A stretch of DNA of 64,000 nt, taken from assembly GCA_946965045.2 (NCBI GenBank), contig OX337238.1, positions 310,001 through 374,000 of the forward strand. The letters run 5' to 3'. Position 1 is the first letter of the stretch; each line of letters begins with the position of its first letter. Positions 31,849 through 39,859 of the stretch are shown in pieces. The notes below the pieces were generated by a model. That model did no database searches. It was not told the origin of the DNA and worked only from the letters and a program-made list of their open reading frames with translations. The DNA is from Epithemia pelagica. Its lineage: Eukaryota > Protista > Bacillariophyta. The position numbers were made by a program, and so were the translations under genes.

Positions 31849-33960
31849 CTATTCGTGAAGTTGCTCGGCGACGAGAGAGGCGACGGCGGCCGTCTTGGAC
31901 TCCGAGAGGGGACGATGGGTCTTGGTGCGGTTGCAACTGGAGTAGCAGTGACCGCGGAGGTGGTAGCTGAGACAGATGGGGAGGTTCTGACCGTTGTCGT
32001 CGGTGTCGGTGGACGCAGGCGCGAGTTTGCTAATGTCGCGAATGCGTTTGGAGGAGGCTTCGAGCCGTTGCTTCCACTCGGCGGTCACGGTAGGATTGGT
32101 GACGAGGGATCCCCCGCGTCCAGCAGTGGGGTTGGTCGCTTTTGGTTTGGTGCTAGGAGTAGGTGGTGTGGAGGGGGACTGGCCATTGTCACGAGGCGGA
32201 GACGCGGTTTTTCGGACCGGTGGAGAGTGGTCGGCGGGTGGGAGCAAGCGGTAGGAGTCCGGGAGCTCGGGCAGCAGATGGAACTGCTGCAAGGAGATCA
32301 ATTGAAGGAGATCGGAGAAGGGAGGCAAGGGTGTGCTCAGGGCCCCGTTGTTGAGCATGAGTTGGTGGGTGTAGGTCACCATGTGGGTTTGGACCCAGCG
32401 CAGGATGCGAGGAATGACGGATTTTGCGAGGGCTGCGTTGTAGCGAGACGAGAGATGGAGTGTCGTGGCTATGGAAGGCCATTGCTTGAGGCAGAAGTGT
32501 CGAAAGGCACCGGCAAAGGCGTGATGGGGGCCTTGGAGCACGTCTAGCTGAACACTCGTCGAACACAGCATCATGCCCGCGGTGAAAGGGTCCTGGGGAA
32601 TGCGTATCTCCTTGGTAGAGAAGGACGCTTGTTCGCCCAAGGTGGGGGCAGACATTCCTTGCAGCATGGTTTCGTAGTTGGTGGCGCGAAGATCGACGGT
32701 CTTGCTTAGTTCGTCGCCGATGAAAAGGCCGAGAGAGAACGGTTGGAGTCCCAGTGACAAGTCGTGGGCCAGGTGGGGCTCCACGCCGAATCGCGCTGTG
32801 AGGACCATGTCTTTGGTCTCTTTTGAAACCACAGGAGTGTGTGAAGTTGCGGCATCGGGATGGCGAGCACGTTCGCGGATGGCGTTGCGTAACAGTGCTA
32901 GGTGTTCGCCTTTGTCGGCGTTGACGAGTTGTATATACAGAGGGGGGAGGTCCGACTCGTCACCAACGGAGCAAAAGGCCATCCAGTCGCGTGCGATGGT
33001 ACGGTACTTCGTTGCCGAGGGTAGTTTGTCGACTTTCTCGGCGACACGGCGGGCCTCGTCCTGGGCGCGTTCGGCAGCCCGGTCGGCCTGGAATGCGGTC
33101 AAGAAGTCGAGCAAGGGTTGTTGGGCTGCGGCGGTGGCGCCCGCAGCGGGCAAGGGGGTAGCAAGTGGACCCAAGGCGGGTATGTCCCGGATGATGATGT
33201 TCCATCGATGGCGATCAATCTGACTGTCATCGATGACAGGCGGAAAAACGTCATTGATGTCGCCAAGTGAAGTAGCTGGTTCGGTAGGAGAGCGTCGGGC
33301 CGTAGACGCGACACGGAGCCAATCGAGCAATGGGCGACAGGCATCGGTGCGGGAGTCGCTGGTAATGGCCGTGCTCAAAAGGGTCCAGGCTTCTCGCGGT
33401 GTCAATGTCTTCCCCAGCACCAACGAAACGTAAGCGGGGGGTACAGGAATTACGTGACGGGTGGTAACGGACTCGCTTGCACGATCGGAAGAAACAAGGC
33501 GGTCCAGGAGCTCTTTTTCGTAGTCTGCTTGCCACAAGGTATCCATCGTCGCGAGGGTCGGGACGCGTTGTGCATCGGTCGCGGTGAAAACGTCGGCTTG
33601 GAGCGTGACCGTTTTGATGAAGTTGCTGCCGCGCCGAATGTCACCAAGGAAGGCAATGACTTGGCCGTCCCACTGCGACTCGGGATGCGCGAGATCGGCT
33701 TCGTACTTGGATGGTCGATGAACTGAGACGATGCGCTGGTCGCCACCGATGGTGACTTGGGCAAGGAAGACTTTGGGAATGTTTTGTGCTGACGAGACAA
33801 CCGTTTCGAACAAATCTTCGGAAGAAAGGCCTGTGCTGGCGTCGTAGTTCTTGTAGAGGGCGGCGTATTGCCCATTAAAGGCGTCCCGTTGGCGATCGTA
33901 GCGTGTTGCATAGTTGTGAGGGGCCGCCAGCGGCGCTGGAGCGGTTGGTGGTGGCACCAT
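31849..33960 (-). CDS. Gag-like ORF1 of the retroelement with a C-terminal CCCH finger
   Basis: ATG 3 nt after A1; 703 aa; CLSYHLRGHCYSSCNRTKTH near the C-terminus. Confidence 0.8.
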   Translation of the reverse strand: MVPPPTAPAPLAAPHNYATRYDRQRDAFNGQYAALYKNYDASTGLSSEDLFETVVSSAQNIPKVFLAQVTIGGDQRIVSVHRPSKYEADLAHPESQWDGQVIAFLGDIRRGSNFIKTVTLQADVFTATDAQRVPTLATMDTLWQADYEKELLDRLVSSDRASESVTTRHVIPVPPAYVSLVLGKTLTPREAWTLLSTAITSDSRTDACRPLLDWLRVASTARRSPTEPATSLGDINDVFPPVIDDSQIDRHRWNIIIRDIPALGPLATPLPAAGATAAAQQPLLDFLTAFQADRAAERAQDEARRVAEKVDKLPSATKYRTIARDWMAFCSVGDESDLPPLYIQLVNADKGEHLALLRNAIRERARHPDAATSHTPVVSKETKDMVLTARFGVEPHLAHDLSLGLQPFSLGLFIGDELSKTVDLRATNYETMLQGMSAPTLGEQASFSTKEIRIPQDPFTAGMMLCSTSVQLDVLQGPHHAFAGAFRHFCLKQWPSIATTLHLSSRYNAALAKSVIPRILRWVQTHMVTYTHQLMLNNGALSTPLPPFSDLLQLISLQQFHLLPELPDSYRLLPPADHSPPVRKTASPPRDNGQSPSTPPTPSTKPKATNPTAGRGGSLVTNPTVTAEWKQRLEASSKRIRDISKLAPASTDTDDNGQNLPICLSYHLRGHCYSSCNRTKTHRPLSESKTAAVASLVAEQLHE

Positions 33961-33963
33961 GGT

Positions 33964-34100
33964 TATTAGCTATTCTATCGAACGGTCTCTCGCGACGGCA
34001 AGAAAGAATGAGACTCGGCTCAAGGAAGAAAGAAGATTGTGTGACACTGCGTGCGCGCAAGCCTGTGCTCCGTCCGTCTGTTGTCCGCACACAACAACAA
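33964..34100 (-). repeat. Split direct repeat A1 (137 bp)
   Basis: Identical to 28134-28270. Confidence 0.95.
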
Positions 34101-36191
34101 CAGCTTGATTCATGGAATGACATCAATCATAGCAACAACAATGGCGTCCTATTACTCGTTCATGGCTTTGTATTACAGTCGCCCGTGTCGGTTCGCCGTG
34201 ACGTCGCAACAAGGATATCCAAGAACAAGGGGAGTCGTCATGGGCCAACATGTTCCACACCTGTTACCGCAACGACCCATCACTATAATGGTCGATTCTT
34301 CTCAGCCATTCGTCTGGAAATGTCAGTCGATGACGAGGGTGACACAACCACCACAAACGACGACGACGACGACAAACCGCAGTCACCAAATGTCGAGGCG
34401 TCACTTCCTCCTCCTCCATCCCAGGCCGAATCAGTGGTCATCAACGCCAAGTCGGTCACTGCGGAATCGTTCCGCGATACTACTGTGGACGACGACAACA
34501 AGAACAAGCTATCCGTCTGGTTGCGGTCGAGTGCCGCGGGGTTGGCCGTCAGTTTGGCCATGGTACCCAAAGCCGTGGCCTTTTCCTTTGTGGCTGGGGT
34601 CAGTCCCCTGGTCGGATTGTGGACGACTGTCGTCTTGGGATTTGTGGCGGCCATTTTGGGAGGACGGGCCGGCATTTGTTCGTCCGCGTCGGGGGCCTGT
34701 TCGGTTGTGGTGGCCGCCCTGTGTGCCAGTCATGGACCCGGGTACGTCTCGACCTGTGCTATTTTGGCCGGGGCCTTGCAAGTCCTGGCCGGCTGTCTGG
34801 GATTGGGCAAATTCATTCGCTTGGTACCACATCCCGTCATGTTGGGCTTTGTCAATGGTTTGGCCATTGTCATGACGCGGGCTCAATTGGTACACTTTCG
34901 ATCATCCTCGGCGAATGGTGGCGGCTTTTTGTCACTCCTCACGGCCCAGGGTGCCAGCATGTATGGGGTCACGGCCTTGACCATGGTACTGGTCAAACTC
35001 TGGCCCAAGGTCAGCCAAAAGGTTCGGGCCCTGGCCTCGATTCCCTCCACCTTGGCCGCCGTCGTTCTGTCGACGGTCGTGGCCAAGGGATTGCAGTTGC
35101 CGGTCCGGACCTTGGCCGACATTGCTGGTGCCGAAACCTTTGGCGGTGGATGGGCCGTCGTGCCCCGATTGGCCTGGCCCACGGGTGTTCCACCAACGTG
35201 GTCCACCCTCCAAATCGTCTTGCCCTATGCCATGACCATGGCCGCCGTTGGATGTATTGAAAGCTTGTTGACCATGCAACTGCTGGATGGAATGGTGGAT
35301 GACGGCCAACGAGGATCGACGAGACAAGAATGTATTGGTCAAGGATGTGGCAACGTCTTGGCGGGTTTTACGGGAGGGATTGGCGGCTGTGCGCTCTTGG
35401 GACAAAGCATTATTAACGTGCAATCGGGCGGCGGTGGTTCCAAGTGGTCCGGCATGAGCATGGCGCTCTTTTTGGCCACCGGCATTGTCATTGCCGCTCC
35501 CTTGTTGGGAGCCGTGCCCGTGGCATCGCTCGTGGGAGTCATGTTGCTCGTCTGTCACTCCACCTTTTCCTGGTCGTCTCTGCGCTTGTTGCGCAAAATT
35601 CCCAAACTCGATGCCGCCGTGATTGCTCTCGTGTCCATTGCCACGGTCCAAAAAGATTTGGCCTACGCCGTCGTGCTCGGAACCATGGCCAGTGCCTTGG
35701 GATTTGCCTGGAAACAATCCACCACTCTCACAGCGTCGTCCTCCAGCTTTGTCGTCCAGGACAATAAAGACGATAAAACAGGCACCACCAAAAAGCTGTA
35801 TCAATTGAATGGACCCGTCTTTTTTGGGTCCACCACTCAATTCACGTCCCTGTTTGACCCCAAGACGGATCCGGAAGAGGTGATTGTGGATTTTACCAAC
35901 TCGCGCGTCATGGACCATTCGGCCTTGGAGGCCATTCAAACGGTTGCCGATCAGTACGGGGCACTGGGGAAAACGATTCGACTCCGTCGTTTGTCCAAGG
36001 ATTGTGTCCAACTCTTGCAACGCCTGGATCGTCGTCGTGGGGACGACAACAACCAACCAAACAGCCGCAGCAGCAACGACACAACGACGAGTCGTCTACC
36101 ACCCTATGAAGTCATCGAGTCGGATCCTACACATGATCCCGTCTACCAAGTAGCCGAGTCCTCGGAACGATACAGGTATATCAAAGTGTAA
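34101..36191 (+). CDS. sulP: SulP/SLC26 anion (bicarbonate/sulfate) transporter with STAS domain; 5' end interrupted by the retroelement
   Basis: AMVPKAVAFSFVAGVSPLVGLW, GGRAGICS, PHPVMLGFVNGLAI, QECIGQGCGN, GGIGGCALLGQS, STAS LNGPVFFGS...DFTNSRVMDHSALEAI. Presequence-like LVHG-FVLQSP upstream. Confidence 0.88.
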   Translation, partial: QLDSWNDINHSNNNGVLLLVHGFVLQSPVSVRRDVATRISKNKGSRHGPTCSTPVTATTHHYNGRFFSAIRLEMSVDDEGDTTTTNDDDDDKPQSPNVEASLPPPPSQAESVVINAKSVTAESFRDTTVDDDNKNKLSVWLRSSAAGLAVSLAMVPKAVAFSFVAGVSPLVGLWTTVVLGFVAAILGGRAGICSSASGACSVVVAALCASHGPGYVSTCAILAGALQVLAGCLGLGKFIRLVPHPVMLGFVNGLAIVMTRAQLVHFRSSSANGGGFLSLLTAQGASMYGVTALTMVLVKLWPKVSQKVRALASIPSTLAAVVLSTVVAKGLQLPVRTLADIAGAETFGGGWAVVPRLAWPTGVPPTWSTLQIVLPYAMTMAAVGCIESLLTMQLLDGMVDDGQRGSTRQECIGQGCGNVLAGFTGGIGGCALLGQSIINVQSGGGGSKWSGMSMALFLATGIVIAAPLLGAVPVASLVGVMLLVCHSTFSWSSLRLLRKIPKLDAAVIALVSIATVQKDLAYAVVLGTMASALGFAWKQSTTLTASSSSFVVQDNKDDKTGTTKKLYQLNGPVFFGSTTQFTSLFDPKTDPEEVIVDFTNSRVMDHSALEAIQTVADQYGALGKTIRLRRLSKDCVQLLQRLDRRRGDDNNQPNSRSSNDTTTSRLPPYEVIESDPTHDPVYQVAESSERYRYIKV

Positions 36192-36535
36192 CCTACGACG
36201 ACGAACGTATTGCCTCATCTATAGCAATCATAGAGTCCAACGATCTATATGGCTAGTCTCCATTCTAGTAGATTTGGAATCACCGTCAGGCTGGCTTTCG
36301 GAGGCCCATATATGATACGAAAAAAACTGGATGACCTTGTTTCAGTCCGACTAGAACTTTAGGTCCATTCATGGATCGCACAATCGTCCATACTTATAGG
36401 AGTAGGAGTATATAGGTAGGCGTAGGAGTATACTAACATGAGAATTGTGAATGGTAGCCGGACTGACGGACAGACCACCCATCATCAAGGAGAGAAAAAG
36501 ATACAAAAAGATCTCAAAGATGCTGATGGATCGCC

Positions 36536-37594
36536 ATGGTGTCAATACCCCTCGCGCAGTTTCTTCTCCTCCTCCTTGCTGTTATTCTTCCAGTGACAAG
36601 AACCATATCCCTCACAGCAGAGCCCAACCACCAACGAAAACTCAAGAGTAGTCGAAAGAATAGCAGGATGCCTGGTCCAAAAGAATCACCACCACCACAA
36701 CTCTTGTTCCTTCCCACCCAAGACAAGGGCACGGACCAGTATATTGCCTATCATTTCAAACCAGGTAGTACCAACGCAGAAGACGACGACAAACCAGTGT
36801 CACCCGTCATTGTTTTTTGTGGCGGGTTTCGATCCGACATGACGGGTCGCAAAGCCATGGCCTTGGAGCAACACTGTCAACAACAACCGAAAGGACGACC
36901 GTATCTTCGATTTGATTACCGGGGCCATGGACAATCCAGTGGAACCGACTGCTTTGCACACTGGACCTTGGCGGATTGGATTTACGATACCGTGGCCGTC
37001 GTGAATCACCTAGTCGCCAATGGTCGTCCCCAACAAGTGATTTTGGTGGGATCTTCCATGGGTGCCTGGATTGCCCTGCACGTCGCTCAGCTGTTACCCG
37101 AACTCGTGGTGGGTGTCGTGACGATTGCGGCGGCACCTGATTTTACCAAAGATTTACTCGAGCAAGTGAGGCAGGAGGAAGCGTCCTGGAAGGAATTGCA
37201 ATCGACGGGAGTCTCCCACCGTCCCTCCCTGTATTCACCCACGGACCAACCCTATCCCATTTCCCAACGACTCTTGGAAGATGCCAAGCAATGGTACTTG
37301 TTGGAACCCACCAATAGCAACGACAATGACGATAACGACAAGAGCAACAGTCGCATCTCCCTCCATTGTCCAGTCCATTTACTTCACGGAGAACAAGATG
37401 TCGATGTCTCGTTCCAAAAGTCGCTGGACTTGGCGAAACACTTGTCGTCGTCGTCCTCCAACGACGACAACAATCCTCCTCCTCACGTGGCCGTCACCTT
37501 GCTCCCCCACGGGGACCATCGCCTCTCCACACCGCAAGATCTCGTGTATATTTTGGCCGCGGTCGACACCATGTGCCAACTCGTTGCTCTGTAA
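36536..37594 (+). CDS. Alpha/beta hydrolase, ABHD10-like
   Basis: FCGGFRSDMTGRKA, RFDYRGHGQS, GSSMG (nucleophile elbow), AAAPDFT, LLHGEQD, GDHRLS. Confidence 0.88.
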   Translation: MVSIPLAQFLLLLLAVILPVTRTISLTAEPNHQRKLKSSRKNSRMPGPKESPPPQLLFLPTQDKGTDQYIAYHFKPGSTNAEDDDKPVSPVIVFCGGFRSDMTGRKAMALEQHCQQQPKGRPYLRFDYRGHGQSSGTDCFAHWTLADWIYDTVAVVNHLVANGRPQQVILVGSSMGAWIALHVAQLLPELVVGVVTIAAAPDFTKDLLEQVRQEEASWKELQSTGVSHRPSLYSPTDQPYPISQRLLEDAKQWYLLEPTNSNDNDDNDKSNSRISLHCPVHLLHGEQDVDVSFQKSLDLAKHLSSSSSNDDNNPPPHVAVTLLPHGDHRLSTPQDLVYILAAVDTMCQLVAL

Positions 37595-37599
37595 TAACA

Positions 37600-38680
37600 T
37601 GGTCCAACCTATAGATCGCATTGGCCAGTGACGACAAAAGACGACCCATGTCTCCAGGTGGGCAATTCCAATTTCTAAAAAGAGCAACGTTTGGCGAATC
37701 TGTGGTCTCGAATCACAAAGGCACTTTGATGGATTTTGGTTGTTTCAAGTTTGTGCCGTGTCTGCTGGATTCGGAGAGGGTGCCTTGTAAAACAGGCACT
37801 TGTTTTTTCCAGGAAACCCCAGTGTCGTTGTTGGTATACCGTGTCCGGTTTCGTTGGGTTTCGAGTTTGGTTTTGGTGACAAGGATTGGTGTTGCAACAA
37901 CAGACGGTGGCCCGTTTATTTCCTCCTCCTCCTTCTTCTGCCTTTTTTTGTAGGGCTCGTTTGGTAGTTGCCAATTCGAGTGCTTCTTGTCGAGGATTGG
38001 TCCAGAGTTTCCATTCCAACACACGGTCCACGGATTGATGTTGTTGGTGTTGCTGCTGTTGCTGTTCTTGTCTGAATGGTTCTTGTTGGTTGTTTCTTGC
38101 TGTGGACCAGGACAACACCAGACTTGGAGTTGGGCACCAAAGGGAATAAGGGCCGCCTTTTTGTGGTGGGAAATTCTGCAACAGAGGCCAGAGCCCAAAG
38201 CTTTTTGCGGACCCTGGGCCAGAGTTGGAACAGCAGTGCCATGACCAAGGCCATGACCCCATACTTACTGGCACCCTGGGCCGTGAGGAGCGACAAAAAT
38301 CCGCTGCCGCTCTTTGCCAATGATCGAATGTGTACCACTTCAGCCCGCCGCGTCATGACAAGAATGGCCAAACCATGGACAAAGCCCAACATGACGGGAT
38401 GTGGCGGTACCAAGCGAATGAATTGGTCCAATCCCAGGCAGCCGGCTAGTACTTGCAAGGTCCCGGCTAGCATGGCACAGGCCGAGACATAGGCGGGTCC
38501 ATGACTGGCACAAAGGGCGGCTACCACGACCGAACAGGCCCCTGACGGCGATGAACAAATGCCAACTCGTCCTCCCAAGGTGGGGGGCACAAAGCCCAAG
38601 ACGACCGTCGTCCACAATCCTACCAAGGGACTGACACCAGCCACAACGGAAAAGGCCACGGCTTCGGGTATCATCCACCA
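37600..38680 (-). pseudogene. Chimeric pseudogene: inverted copy of the SulP TM1-5 region fused to an internally deleted copy of the OB-methyltransferase gene
   Basis: 38680-38190 matches about 34555-35040 (MIPEAVAF...LWALAS). 38185-37915 matches about 41115-40870. 37910-37600 matches about 40010-39715. Confidence 0.8.
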
Positions 38681-38844
38681 AACACTATACCCCCAATACG
38701 ACTACCTGTACTGCTACTAGCAATCGAGCCTCCTTTGTCAAATGGCGACAACAGTCTAAGAACATAGCAGACTATACGTTAAACTACGAAGAAGACCCTG
38801 AATCATCTTGACAAGAAGAACACCAGCTATCAAGAAACTTACTT

Positions 38845-39348
38845 TCAAGGCGTAGACAGACCGGATTGCCCCTGCCGGTTCGCTTGGTGCCAAAAGCGGT
38901 TGCGCGGAACCTTTTGCTCATAGCCGTCTTCCAGGCGAGCCGACGCAAAGTCTTGATCCTTTTTGTCAATACAGGTCTGACCCAGCATCGAGGACATGTA
39001 TTCGACTGCCTTTTCATTTCGGCGGCCGCCTCGGGATTTCAGAGTGGACAATCGACCGCCGCTCCGGATGTATCCGTATTGAGGTGACGTCGTCTCGGGC
39101 CTCGGCTGCTCCTTCTGCGCTAGGACCTGGGCAATCTTTTGGTTCTCAACCTTGTCGGCTTTGATCTGAGCGGCGGCGTTGGAGACTTGGACTCGCTTCT
39201 CCATGTCCCCATTCGCGGCGCGGAATCCAGCGTTCGAAGTCATGTAGTCCAGGTTTCGGTTAATTCGGATCCCATTCTTCTTCGAAGTTGCCTTGAGTTG
39301 AGCAACCGACTTGGTTTTCAAATAACCCAACTCGTCGTATCCGGACAT
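38845..39348 (-). CDS. Hypothetical protein, possibly with an N-terminal SAP/HeH-like motif
   Basis: MSGYDELGYLKTKSVAQLKATSKKNGI; no other motif recognised. Confidence 0.25.
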   Translation of the reverse strand: MSGYDELGYLKTKSVAQLKATSKKNGIRINRNLDYMTSNAGFRAANGDMEKRVQVSNAAAQIKADKVENQKIAQVLAQKEQPRPETTSPQYGYIRSGGRLSTLKSRGGRRNEKAVEYMSSMLGQTCIDKKDQDFASARLEDGYEQKVPRNRFWHQANRQGQSGLSTP

Positions 39349-39458
39349 GATGATGCTTTGCAATGATATAGTGGTATTACTCCTACGCTTCTTGTCAAAA
39401 TTATGACAGGAACTGAGCCCGACTGAGAAAAGACACCATTAGATTAAAACGAGTCCTG

Positions 39459-39700
39459 ACCTTCAATCGCACTCTTTTCTCTCAATCGCACACGATCGAG
39501 AGAGAGTGCTTCTCAATCGCACTCTTTTCTATTGAGAAGCACTCTTTTCTTTTCAATCGCACTCTTTTCTATTGAGAAGCACTCTTTTCTTTTCAATCGC
39601 CCTCTTTTCTATTGAGAAGCACTCTTTTCTGATTGAAAAGAGTGCTTCTCAATCGCACTCTTTTCTAATGAGAAGCACTCTTTTCTTTTCAATCGCACTC
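39459..39700. repeat. Array of 20-bp subunits in a 40-bp higher-order period, with one inverted unit
   Basis: Alternating tttcaatcgcactcttttct / attgagaagcactcttttct; perfect 19-bp inverted repeat 39611-39629 / 39635-39653. Confidence 0.9.
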
Positions 39701-39859
39701 GTAGCTCTGTAACATGGTCCAACCCATATATCACATTGGCCAGTGACGACAGGAAGAATCGCCAAGTCTCCAGGTTGGCAACTCCAATTCCTCGAGAGAG
39801 CAACGTCTTTTGCGAATCTGGACCCGGATCACCAAGGTACTGTGATGAATTTCGATTGA

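Larger units (their letters stand above)
27999..34100 (-). mobile_element. Complete tyrosine-recombinase retrotransposon (DIRS order, Ngaro/PAT-type split direct repeats)
   Basis: On the minus strand: A1 (34100-33964), gag, RT/RH, YR, B1 (28387-28271), A2 (28270-28134), an 18-nt spacer, B2 (28115-27999). No target-site duplication. Confidence 0.95.

Noticed and set aside
29643-33911. Extra overlapping or antisense ORFs inside the retroelement (for example 29643-30368, 31759-32547, 33450-33911)
   Set aside because: No motifs recognised; expected as shadows of GC-rich coding sequence.
33903-34100. N-terminal extension of the 762-aa SulP ORF as the native start
   Set aside because: It lies inside the retroelement (A1 and the antisense start of gag), so it cannot be the ancestral start.
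39459-39700. CRISPR-like regular array
   Set aside because: The units alternate between two fixed sequences, with no unique spacers and no cas genes; eukaryotic context.
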